DNA of 64,000 nucleotides from Arenicellales bacterium (GTDB lineage Bacteria; Pseudomonadota; Gammaproteobacteria; Arenicellales; JAJDZL01): NCBI GenBank assembly GCA_964291225.2, contig OZ219781.1, positions 3,250,656 to 3,314,655 of the forward strand, read 5' to 3'. Shown piece by piece: positions 53,443 to 62,505 of this stretch (position 1 is its first letter; each line of letters starts with the position of its first letter). The notes under the pieces were generated by a model. It saw only the letters and a program-made list of their open reading frames with translations, ran no database searches and was not told where the DNA came from. The position numbers and the translations under genes were made by a program.

Positions 53443-54420
53443 TCAACCCCAAAAAGTTCGATTGACAGGGTTCAATATTCCGTTTTCAAAACGAATGCCA
53501 CCTTCTCTGTCTTTTAGTAGCCAAACTGGTGAGTCAAGATCAACATAAATTGCATTGTGAGCGAGTAATAGAGCTGGCGCCAATCCGAGAGAAGTTGCCA
53601 TCATGCTACCAATCATAAACTGCTTGCCAACTTTGCAAATCATGTTCATCACTTCAATTGCCGCCGTTAAACCGCCTGTTTTATCAAGTTTGATATTGAA
53701 AATATCATATCGAGTCTGAAGTTTATCAAACTCTTTTTCACTATGAAAAGATTCATCAGCGCAAATTGAAATCGGACTTTCGATTTCTTCCAATGCATCA
53801 TCTTTGCCCGCTGCTAAAGGTTGTTCGATTGCCTCAACACCAAGCTTTGCAAGTTGTGGCAGAATATCGGTAAAGTAGTTTGCATCCCAGGCTTCATTGG
53901 CATCGATAATTAGTCTCGCGTCCGGTCGCGCCTCTCGCACTGCGGTCACTGATTCGACAGCTAGTTGAGGTCCGAGTTTGATTTTCAATAACGGGTACTG
54001 ATTTGCTTTTTTAGCAGCGGTAGCTAGTTGTTCTGGTGGCTCGAGACTCAATGTATAAACACCAAGAATGCAAGTCGGAGGAGGCAATTCGGCCAGTTGC
54101 CAAACAGGTTTTCTAGAGTGTTTCGCTTCAAAATCCCATAATGCGCAGTCAACAGCATTGCGAGCAGCGCTTGCATCAAAATGAGATAGCAAGGCAAATC
54201 GATTCAAATCATCCCCAAAAGATTGGCTGATTTCATTGACTGTGTCTATAGATTGTTCTATGTTCTGGTCATAACGAGGGTAGGGAACTGATTCTCCACG
54301 TCCGACTATATCACCGTCGCTAATTTCAACAACTAAAACATCCACTATGGTCTTTGAACCGCGTGAAATTGAGAAAGCGTCTTTTAGAGGCCAACTTTCA
54401 TGGTACGCTTCAATTTTCAC
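53443..54420 (-). CDS. dgcA: enolase-superfamily dipeptide-epimerase-like racemase (DgcA-like)
   Basis: 325 aa. Has the KxK motif 'LKIKLG', metal ligands 'IIDANEAW', 'IEQP' and 'ADES', and the second catalytic Lys in 'FNIKLDKTGG'. It lies directly downstream of a DUF1611 gene. Confidence 0.65.
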   Translation of the reverse strand: MKIEAYHESWPLKDAFSISRGSKTIVDVLVVEISDGDIVGRGESVPYPRYDQNIEQSIDTVNEISQSFGDDLNRFALLSHFDASAARNAVDCALWDFEAKHSRKPVWQLAELPPPTCILGVYTLSLEPPEQLATAAKKANQYPLLKIKLGPQLAVESVTAVREARPDARLIIDANEAWDANYFTDILPQLAKLGVEAIEQPLAAGKDDALEEIESPISICADESFHSEKEFDKLQTRYDIFNIKLDKTGGLTAAIEVMNMICKVGKQFMIGSMMATSLGLAPALLLAHNAIYVDLDSPVWLLKDREGGIRFENGILNPVNRTFWG

Positions 54421-54476
54421 AAGTTAGTGACCAGCGTTCACAATTGATATCGATACAGTATTATTTAAAAATGAAA

Positions 54477-55490
54477 TCAAGACATTATCAAGTTATTGAC
54501 AATTTTGCCGGCACCTTCAAGAAAAGGGTCTACGCAAGGCAATTGGTGTTTTTTCTCAAGTTCATTCAGGTAGTTTTTCCGGTTCGTTTCCGTTAAATGT
54601 TTTGTGTTGACAGATATACCTACAAAGCGTACATCACGACAGACCATGCGTGCCATTTTAAGGTTGGTTTGGATGCAGTCTTCAAGCGACGGCAGTGAGC
54701 GGTCAATTAGTCCGCGCATATGGTACCGGGTTGGTTCGTGACACAAAACCAAAGCATCTGGTTGAGCACCATGCAGCAGCCCTAAACTTACTCCAGCAAA
54801 CGATGGATGGTGGAGTGAGCCTTGGCCTTCAATTATGTCCCAGTGATTGGGTTCAGATGAAGGACAAAGTATCTCGACCGAGCCGGAAATGAAATCAGCG
54901 ACCACTGCGTCAACTGGTACCCCAGAACCTTGAATGAATATACCAGTTTGGCCGGTGGCTTTGAAATCAGCTTGCAAATTTCGTTTTTGCATCTCATTTG
55001 CAATTGCGAGGGCGGTGTACATTTTACCAACTGAACAATCGGTGCCAACTGTTAATAGCCGATGGCCGCTACGAGGTTCACCGGTTGCAATATGATCGAC
55101 GCCACTGGCTTTTCGAATCTCAAGCAGTTGACCAGAGTTTCGGCTTGCAGCGTCCCGTATTTCAGGAATGGAATCGAGAGCAGTATGTAGTCCATTGGCA
55201 ATTGACATGCCAGTCTCCAGCGCTTCCACTATTGGCGGGACCCACGATGTAGGTATCACACCACCGCGGTTAGCAACTCCGATTAGCAAGGTTTTGGCGC
55301 CGCGCATTGCTGCTTCCCGGATGTTCAAATTTTGAATTTTGAGGTCGGTAGCGCAACCAGGCAATTTGAATTGACCAATGCAATCATCCCTACACCAATC
55401 TACGACACCAAAAGCGGTTTTGGCGGCTAAGTCGTCAGTAGCATCACCCAAGAAAATCAGGTAAGGTTTTTTTAGCTGTATCGGTTTCAA
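54477..55490 (-). CDS. dgcN: DUF1611-family protein (DgcN-like D-glutamate N-acetyltransferase)
   Basis: 337 aa. 'LLTVGTDCSVGKMYTALAI' and the overall length match my memory of DUF1611. It is paired with the epimerase-like gene. Confidence 0.6.
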   Translation of the reverse strand: MKPIQLKKPYLIFLGDATDDLAAKTAFGVVDWCRDDCIGQFKLPGCATDLKIQNLNIREAAMRGAKTLLIGVANRGGVIPTSWVPPIVEALETGMSIANGLHTALDSIPEIRDAASRNSGQLLEIRKASGVDHIATGEPRSGHRLLTVGTDCSVGKMYTALAIANEMQKRNLQADFKATGQTGIFIQGSGVPVDAVVADFISGSVEILCPSSEPNHWDIIEGQGSLHHPSFAGVSLGLLHGAQPDALVLCHEPTRYHMRGLIDRSLPSLEDCIQTNLKMARMVCRDVRFVGISVNTKHLTETNRKNYLNELEKKHQLPCVDPFLEGAGKIVNNLIMS

Positions 55491-56370
55491 AGTTTGCTTT
55501 TTCCAATTATTCTTTACAAAATCACCAGAAATTTTACTTGCAATATAGTTTATTTTGTATTCTGCAGATATGGAAAATTATGATTTTCTATATTTATTGC
55601 GATCAATAGTTGCCGTAACAGTTAGTTTTTTTCATAACTTCAGACTTCCTGACTTGCCCATATATGACCATCAAAGCCACACTTGCCGCTGCCTGCCGGC
55701 GCTCTCATATTCTCTTTGATTTCGCATGCTTGCTGTCAAGAAATTGATCTGTTCGCACAACTGTCATTCGGTCTGCTGTATAAAACGGGTGGCATATTAT
55801 TTTCACATGAATCTCGCCAGCCCTAAGCCGAAATTCCGGTGAAGAAATGATATATGTACTCGTTATGACTGAAGTGCGATCAACAATCACAGAACACCTT
55901 GCGGTTGCCAGGCATTCCATCGGTCCCTTGAAAATACCCGCTGGCAGTGCGTCTTCACACTTTGCTGCAAGTATCACTCGGCCAAGATTGAGGAGCCGGA
56001 AGAGGAACGCCCAAGAACTGGCTCAGTATGCGTGATTATGAAACACGGGGACAAGCAAAGCCAAAGCAAGTGGCAAAAACATGAGACCTGTCGTTGCATG
56101 GATACAACCGAACTGGGCTGTGGCAAGCGTGCAGAACGAACATGCTCCTTATGAAAGAAGTATGTCAACTACAAGCTGCTCGCAGCGAGTGCCGTCAACA
56201 ACGCAAGATACTTTGCCACCAGCCAAAAACTGATTGAGCCAGACTTGCATCCAAGGCCTGACAAGTCTCAAACCCGAAACTGAATCTCATGGAGTTTGTG
56301 AAATCTGTACAGCCCCTGGATGCTTCCAGCCGTCAAGACATGAGTCGCCTGCCTTGCCACCATCTGAACT

Positions 56371-59300
56371 TCACCACCTCAGCGAGCCGCTCAGCCTGAT
56401 GCCATCGCCGCGGTCAGCGGCCGGCTTGTGCGTGTGCGTCAATTCCAGACTGAGGCCGCCGCGCCGGTATTCAAAACCGGTCTCATAGACCCGCGAACCC
56501 GACTCTGCCGGCAACAGCACCGACACCTTCGGTTTCATGTGACCCGCACCCATTGCCAGTCCATAACCAAACTCAAGCTGCGTGCCCACGCCGTCTGACT
56601 CTTCCCGCTCGGACACACTGTCGTCAATCGCTGACTCGGCCCAGGCTGACTGCAAGGCCTCAACCAACTCACCCTGTGTCGCCTTGATGCTCATGCTCGG
56701 CCCGAAGCCGTCAGCTCCTGACCTCAGCTCCACTCCCACATACACGCCATTCTCGCGATAGCGCTTGCTTGCACGCGACCTCAGCACACTGCCGCCCGCC
56801 TCCACTGACCAGCGGCCGTCCGCATCCGTGTAGCGCACACTGCCAGCCAACAACATGCTCAGTCCCGTCGAATAACTGTCATCATCGTAACGCACACCGG
56901 CCTCAACCTTCGGCAGCAACTGTCCGCCGTCTGACAAGGCCTGCAGGCGACTCCACTCCACCACCGCCTTGTATTGCCGCTGGTTGCTCTTCATCGGCGT
57001 CGCCGACAAGCCCTTGCTGGTCGTCCTTGACGCCGACACCTCGCCCTTGAAGGCCAAATCGAAATCCCAACTGACCCGGGTGCCCAGCAAAGCCGACAGC
57101 AACTCCATCCGACCCTTGCGATGCTCGGTTGAATCGGCAGCCAGTTGAAGCCGGCTGTCCGCCCGACCCGTGCCGTAGCCGAGTGTACCCCACAGTTCCA
57201 CCTCTTCGCTCGCCTGCCAGTGCACATACGGATGCACGCTGTTCATCATCACCTTCTCTTCCGACTTGGCACTGTCTCCGTCTTTGGTCGTGGTCACATT
57301 GCCCTTGCCGCGGGTTCGGAAATACGCCAGGCCGCCCATCCAGTCCGCCTGCGAAAACTCAAAGCCGATGCCGCCCACCGTCACGCTGCCGTCGATGGAA
57401 CGACCCGCACCGTTGCGCTTGAAACTTGTCTTGCCGCCCCTGCCCCACAGCGTCATGCCGCCTTCAACCGATGACTGACCCGTCGCTGACGACACGTTGA
57501 ACGAACTGTCTGACAGCAGGTCCAGCACACTGTCCACCCGCTGGCGCGTCAGTTCCACATCCCCGTCCAGCTGCAACGGCTTGTCTGTGTATGCGGGCGG
57601 CAACGGCACCGCTGACGAATGTGTCGGTCCGAACAGTACCTGCCGCCCGGCAATGAGCATGCTGTTCTGTCTCCCTGACACGGCGCCGCTGGTGCGGCTC
57701 ACGATGATGTCGTTGGCCACCCCGATCATGGACTGACCGAACTGAACATGCAACTCATGGATGCTGCCCTCATGCTCCTTGCGAAGCTCAACTGACAGCT
57801 TTTCGTCATCTGTCACCTTCACCGACACTGTACCGCCTGTTGTCACCAAACGGTAGCCGGTCACCGCATGGCTCACCTTGGCCGTGCCGTCAGCACTGTC
57901 ATCATCCTGCTCAGTGGTCACGGTCACCGTCTGCTCCGCATTCCAGTTGCCGGTCGTGAACGTCAGCGGGCCGGACACCGTCGCCACCGTCGCTGTGTCG
58001 CTGGTCGGCGTCACCGTCACACTGCCCGATGGCAACGTACCCAGTTTCACCGTGTAAGTCCCGGTGCCGCCTTCTTCCACCGTCAGCTCCGACGCACTGA
58101 GCACCACCCCCTCCGTGTCATTGTCTTGTATTGTCACCGTGGTCGTCGTATTGCCCAGTGCGAACGTGCCCGATGACAGCGCAATCGTCACCGTGAATGT
58201 CTCATCGTTCTCGTCCACAAAATCTTCCGTGATCGGTATCTCAATGTTTTTCGTGGTGTCGGTGGCACTGAAGGTCACTGACGACACCGCATCATTGTCA
58301 TAATCGCCGGCCGCTGGATTGTTCGCTCCGGTCGCCGTGCCATCGGTGTAAGTGACACTTAGCGTCACTATCTTTCCGGTTGGGTTTCCCACTGTGATTG
58401 GTATTGTGGCATCGCCAACGTCTTCAGACACCGTCAGAGTCACCGGCACCTTCAGCATCGGCATCGGCGTGGCCTTCACCTCATTCGACCAAACAGACTG
58501 CTCCTGGCCGCTATTGGGCATGGGGCGAGCCTCCATGCGGAACGCGTACTCCGTCCCGTTCGTCAGTCCCCACACCACACGCCGCACCGGATCCGATCCT
58601 GTTGGAAGTACGTTTCTGTTTTGTACCTTTGACTGGTCGGTCCAACTTTCTTTGCTTTCCTTGTATTGTAAAATCCAAAACGCAACTTCCGTCTTTGCTG
58701 GCCAACTCAAGACGACCTCCCTGTCACCCGCCACCGCGGTCACCACCGGCTTTTTGAGCCTGCCCGTCGGAGTCGCTTTTCGTACAGCCGATTGCTGTCC
58801 ATTGACAGCATTGTTCTTGGCGCGGATCCTGAATCTGTACTCAGCATCGTTGTCCAGACCGGTCACCGTATGGCTTGTCGTGGTGGCACTCGAGCTTGGG
58901 ATATCAGTCCAGTCTCCCCAATTGCCAGCCCCCTTGCTCTGTCTGTACTGCCAGCCGGTGATCGTGCCGGCCGGCTTCGTCCACGAAAGAACGACATGAC
59001 GGTTACCGCCTGTGGCGGTGACACCGGTCGGCGCAGCAGGGGATGCGTCATCGTTCACGATGGTGAAGGTGAGTCTGCCGGCAGTCCAACTAGCCGAAGC
59101 ACTTCCATTAGCTGAAGCATAGAGTTTGACGGTCTCGTTCGGTTCTTGCCGGGTATCGCCGAGGATGCGAACGGCCTTCGTGCCCTGGGTCTGACCTGTA
59201 GCGATGGAGATGGTGCTTCCGGCTGGCAAACACCAGTCAGTATCTGCCGGATTCAGCGGCGCAGTGCAGGGCTCACTCCCCTTGTTGGATCCCTTGGCCG

Positions 59301-59718
59301 TGCCAGAGGGAGAGGATGGAACAAGGTTGACCGAAAAGCTCGCCGGCGCCGCCTCGCCGAGCGTGACGGTGACGGTCACATCCGTGAAGCCGGAATTGCC
59401 CTCGGTGATCGAACTTGACGCCACCGACAGGGTGATGGTCTTTGTCTGCGCCTGCGCAGCTTGCGGCACAAGGGCGACGGCAAATGTCAGCAGAAGAGCG
59501 GCAGCAAACCCTGCCCTCAGGCGGCGAAGAGTACTTCTTGGCGGGTCAGACCGCTCTGCACCCCCCCCCCCCCCCCTCAGTTCGTTGGAAGCGCCGAAGC
59601 GACTGACCGCATCCGCAGGCCGCTTCTCAAGCAACCGTACAGCTACGCCGTCTCTCAGTCCGGCTGACAGGGATTTGATACGACAGTTCAACAGTTTCTT
59701 TGCATTCAACATGTTCAT
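56371..59718 (-). CDS. autotransporter (type Va) outer-membrane protein with a Calx-beta and FN3 passenger
   Basis: 1115 aa. The signal peptide is 'RLRAGFAAALLLTFAVALVPQAAQA|Q', at aa ~66-90. Calx-beta-like modules are present ('EIPITEDFVDENDETFTVTI'). There are two FN3-like modules ('VVLSWTKPAGTITGWQYRQ..DAEYRFRIRAKN' and 'VVLSWPAKTEVAFWILQYKE..GTEYAFRMEA'). The C-terminal ~300 aa have alternating beta-strand character and end in '..LSGSLRW', an aromatic terminal residue as in OM beta-barrels. Confidence 0.75.
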   Translation of the reverse strand: MNMLNAKKLLNCRIKSLSAGLRDGVAVRLLEKRPADAVSRFGASNELRGGGGGAERSDPPRSTLRRLRAGFAAALLLTFAVALVPQAAQAQTKTITLSVASSSITEGNSGFTDVTVTVTLGEAAPASFSVNLVPSSPSGTAKGSNKGSEPCTAPLNPADTDWCLPAGSTISIATGQTQGTKAVRILGDTRQEPNETVKLYASANGSASASWTAGRLTFTIVNDDASPAAPTGVTATGGNRHVVLSWTKPAGTITGWQYRQSKGAGNWGDWTDIPSSSATTTSHTVTGLDNDAEYRFRIRAKNNAVNGQQSAVRKATPTGRLKKPVVTAVAGDREVVLSWPAKTEVAFWILQYKESKESWTDQSKVQNRNVLPTGSDPVRRVVWGLTNGTEYAFRMEARPMPNSGQEQSVWSNEVKATPMPMLKVPVTLTVSEDVGDATIPITVGNPTGKIVTLSVTYTDGTATGANNPAAGDYDNDAVSSVTFSATDTTKNIEIPITEDFVDENDETFTVTIALSSGTFALGNTTTTVTIQDNDTEGVVLSASELTVEEGGTGTYTVKLGTLPSGSVTVTPTSDTATVATVSGPLTFTTGNWNAEQTVTVTTEQDDDSADGTAKVSHAVTGYRLVTTGGTVSVKVTDDEKLSVELRKEHEGSIHELHVQFGQSMIGVANDIIVSRTSGAVSGRQNSMLIAGRQVLFGPTHSSAVPLPPAYTDKPLQLDGDVELTRQRVDSVLDLLSDSSFNVSSATGQSSVEGGMTLWGRGGKTSFKRNGAGRSIDGSVTVGGIGFEFSQADWMGGLAYFRTRGKGNVTTTKDGDSAKSEEKVMMNSVHPYVHWQASEEVELWGTLGYGTGRADSRLQLAADSTEHRKGRMELLSALLGTRVSWDFDLAFKGEVSASRTTSKGLSATPMKSNQRQYKAVVEWSRLQALSDGGQLLPKVEAGVRYDDDSYSTGLSMLLAGSVRYTDADGRWSVEAGGSVLRSRASKRYRENGVYVGVELRSGADGFGPSMSIKATQGELVEALQSAWAESAIDDSVSEREESDGVGTQLEFGYGLAMGAGHMKPKVSVLLPAESGSRVYETGFEYRRGGLSLELTHTHKPAADRGDGIRLSGSLRW
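59561..59576 (-). repeat. 16-nt homopolymeric G tract (C16 on the + strand) inside the 5' coding region of the autotransporter
   Basis: I counted C at every position from 59561 to 59576. With 16 nt the frame reads ..NELR-GGGGG-AERSDPPR.. and joins the ATG at 59718 to the signal peptide. Confidence 0.95.
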
Positions 59719-60425
59719 GGGTAAATCTCATTACATAAGGTGAATCTTGCCCCGTATTGGCGACAATCGCTTCATATTGTTTATATAACCTGCAAGAGGC
59801 CTTCTTATTGCTCTCATTATACTCCATATCATGATGGACAATGCACTTCTTTCTCAGGACTTGCAATGAAATGGAAATGAATATGACTCCGCAAATGATC
59901 GGAACGCACACTGGTCGACAGTTTTCTTGATTGTCCGGACCCTCTCTTTCAATCGCACCTGACACACAAATAGTCGCACTGGGAGCGGCAGACAACCTGT
60001 CAAACCAATCTTGCCCTTGACCCACTCAGCTAGGGAATCATGTTCAGTTTTACATTGTACGGAGTCAGGGTATCTGAAGTTCCTAGTTTTATCCCACTTT
60101 ACTTTAAATCTGAATTCATTGGCAAATGTGACAGTTGAAATCGACGATAATATATAGATTGTGCCTGAGTATTTGTAAAATGCAACGATAAATGCATAAT
60201 CAGCCAGCTTGGATTGATGCACAATTTGAGGCAACTATAATGAATCTAATAGTTGGTAATATGAAGAAGCAGACATGAAAATCACACCCTATCTAGCAAG
60301 AATACAATTTTTGATGCCTATGCAGCTTGTTCCGACATTCCTACTTGCCTAGACGGCTGTGCTTTTGTGGCATGTAAGTCTTACGAATACCACACTCACT
60401 TAATTTTATATTTTGATTTTCCACC

Positions 60426-61349
60426 ATGAACAGCAAAGTCATTAGTGTAACAAATATTGACGGGCGTATTGCTCCAACTGAAGAGTCTTCCATTCCAGTT
60501 ATGGACAGAGGGTTTCTTTACGGAGATTCAGTTTATGAAGTGTTCCGTACTTATCGCGGTGTCGGGCTATTTATGGACGAACATTTCGATCGTCTTGAAA
60601 ACTCAGCCAGATTGTCTCACATGTCTATAACCCAATCACGGGATGAGTTGAGATCTGAGATTAAACGTACCGTGCAGGCCACAGGAGCATCCCAAAACCA
60701 AGATGTCTACGTGCGTTATCAAATCACCCGTGGTGAGGGCCCTATTGATCTTTATCCAGATCCTGAACTTAGCACTCGCTACGTCATCATTTCTGCGCCG
60801 CTTCGTCAGTGGAATCCTGAGCATTATTCGATTGGTATGTCAATGGCAATTCCAAAGGTGCGCCGCAATCCTGTCGACTCGTTGGACCCAAACATTAAAG
60901 GAGGCAATTACCTCAATAATGTGCTTGCCATTATGCAAGTGAGAAAATTAGGTGCGGATGAAAGTCTGATTCTGAGTAGTGATGGGTATGTGACCGAAGC
61001 TTCAAACAGTAACGTTTGGTTCGTTGTCAATGATGAGACCATAACACCGGGCGATGGCAACCTCAAGGGCTTAACCAAGGCGGCTATACTCAATGCTTGC
61101 AAAGAGCGCGGTATGAAGGTCTATGAACGTCCGATTCATCAGTCAGAGCTGGTGCAGGCAACAGAGTGTTTTGTGACAAGTGCAACTAGAGAGGTTATGC
61201 CAGTTCACTGCCTCGCATTGAGTGATAGTCATCTGTTGGATTTCCCGAAAGGTGGTGGTGTACGCACACGCGAAATCCAATCCATCTACCGACAAGTTGT
61301 CAATGAATATGTTGAGTCACATGCTTCGGATGCCTTATTTACCGGTTAG
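60426..61349 (+). CDS. fold-type IV (class IV) aminotransferase, BCAT/D-amino-acid aminotransferase family
   Basis: 307 aa. Matches 'DRGFLYGDSVYEVFR', the catalytic Lys context 'NIKGGNYLNNVLA' and 'GYVTEASNSNVWFV'. Confidence 0.8.
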   Translation: MNSKVISVTNIDGRIAPTEESSIPVMDRGFLYGDSVYEVFRTYRGVGLFMDEHFDRLENSARLSHMSITQSRDELRSEIKRTVQATGASQNQDVYVRYQITRGEGPIDLYPDPELSTRYVIISAPLRQWNPEHYSIGMSMAIPKVRRNPVDSLDPNIKGGNYLNNVLAIMQVRKLGADESLILSSDGYVTEASNSNVWFVVNDETITPGDGNLKGLTKAAILNACKERGMKVYERPIHQSELVQATECFVTSATREVMPVHCLALSDSHLLDFPKGGGVRTREIQSIYRQVVNEYVESHASDALFTG

Positions 61350-61392
61350 TTTCACTCGCGTTTTAGATTCAAAACAACTGTATCTAGGTTGA

Positions 61393-62505
61393 ATGAACTC
61401 GCCTGAAAAGCTTCATGTAGTTTTGCTCTATGGTGGGCGTTCTTGCGAACATGAAGTTTCAGTTATCTCTGCGCGTTGTATATACCAAGCCCTTGACACC
61501 GAAAAATATGATATTAACTTGGTTGGTATTACAAAATCTGGGAAGTGGTTGTTAATCGATAACCCTGAGCTGGCTCTAGAATCAAATTCAGTTGAATCTA
61601 CTGGCCAACAGTCTGTTACACTAGATTACAGCGGAAGTGGCCAACTCCTCATTATGCCTGGGTCCTCAGTGTCTTCTGGTATGGAGCGATCAATCGATGT
61701 GATTTTCCCTGTTTTGCATGGCCCTTATGGCGAGGATGGCACAATACAGGGTTTGCTTGAGCTGGCTGATGTAGCTTTTGTCGGATCAGGTGTGACAGGT
61801 TCTTCGGTAGGCATGGACAAAATCGTTTCAAAAGCTGTATGCCACGCTGCTGGTATCCCGCAAACAAAATATATGTCTTGCTTACGAAACGTTTGGGAAG
61901 AATCTCCTGATACAACTGTCAGAGAAATTGAATTGAAGCTTAACTATCCGATATTCGTTAAACCGGCAAGTTTGGGTTCAAGTGTCGGCATCAGCAAGGC
62001 AAAAAATACGAGTGAATTGAGAAAAGCGATCGAACTTGCCGCGAAATTTGACATTAAAATTGTTTTGGAAGAAGGACTTGAAAATTGCCATGAGATTGAA
62101 GTCTCTGTGCTAGGGAACGATAAGCCCGTTGCTTCTGAAGTTGGTGAAATCATACCAGGTGGTGAGTTTTACGATTATGATGACAAATACATCAATGGGG
62201 TAGCTCAAACTATTGTTCCAGCGGATTTGCCAGAGGCAGTTGTTAACGAAATAAAGCGGTACGCTGTTTGTGCATTTCACGAGATAGATGCAGTTGGTCT
62301 AGCTCGCGTTGATTTCTTTGTTAAACGCGGCAATCATGAAATCTACATAAACGAAATTAACACAATGCCAGGATTTACCCCAATCAGCATGTATCCTAAA
62401 CTGTGGGCAGCATCTGGAATTGGATACACACAACTGCTTGACCGTCTGATCGATTTGGCATTAGAGCGCCATCAACAAAGGATTTGTCGTCAGCTTGTGC
62501 TATAA
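61393..62505 (+). CDS. ddl: D-alanine--D-alanine ligase (DdlA-type, long form)
   Basis: 370 aa. Matches 'VVLLYGGRSCEHEVSVISA', 'VLHGPYGEDGTIQGLLE', 'GSSVGISK', 'EFYDYDDKY' and 'NEINTMPGFT'. Confidence 0.9.
   Translation: MNSPEKLHVVLLYGGRSCEHEVSVISARCIYQALDTEKYDINLVGITKSGKWLLIDNPELALESNSVESTGQQSVTLDYSGSGQLLIMPGSSVSSGMERSIDVIFPVLHGPYGEDGTIQGLLELADVAFVGSGVTGSSVGMDKIVSKAVCHAAGIPQTKYMSCLRNVWEESPDTTVREIELKLNYPIFVKPASLGSSVGISKAKNTSELRKAIELAAKFDIKIVLEEGLENCHEIEVSVLGNDKPVASEVGEIIPGGEFYDYDDKYINGVAQTIVPADLPEAVVNEIKRYAVCAFHEIDAVGLARVDFFVKRGNHEIYINEINTMPGFTPISMYPKLWAASGIGYTQLLDRLIDLALERHQQRICRQLVL

Larger units (their letters stand above)
55680..60020. other. GC-rich, horizontally acquired insertion carrying one autotransporter gene
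   Basis: Hand-counted GC of 60-nt samples: 38% (55621-55680), 55% (55681-55740), 63% (57001-57060), 63% (58001-58060), 53% (59941-60000) and 37% (60061-60120). The many long antisense ORFs in the track are typical of high-GC DNA. I recognised no integrase, transposase or tRNA at the borders. Confidence 0.8.

Noticed and set aside
55705-56488. Short ORFs in the left shoulder of the GC-rich insertion (55705-55977, 55974-56168, 56234-56488), considered as possible integrase, transposase or regulator remnants.
   Set aside because: I recognise no recombinase, HTH or DDE motif in any frame. They cannot be supported as genes without a database search.
56769-59743. Many long plus-strand ORFs (for example 58352-58999 at 215 aa and 59204-59743 at 179 aa) and nested minus-strand ORFs inside the GC-rich region.
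   Set aside because: They are antisense to, or out of frame with, the 1115-aa autotransporter ORF. They have Pro/Arg/Ala/Ser-rich low-complexity translations, as expected from stop-codon depletion in ~63% GC DNA.
55680-60020. The GC-rich block interpreted as a pure assembly chimera.
   Set aside because: Both flanks return to host-like composition and to functionally related genes, which favours a true insertion. I cannot exclude a chimera without read evidence, so this remains listed as a refutation test.
59627-60234. Minus-strand ORFs of 132 aa and 126 aa upstream of the autotransporter, considered as a possible regulator or chaperone.
   Set aside because: One overlaps the autotransporter 5' end out of frame. 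Neither has recognisable motifs, and both span the compositional boundary. I left them unannotated.
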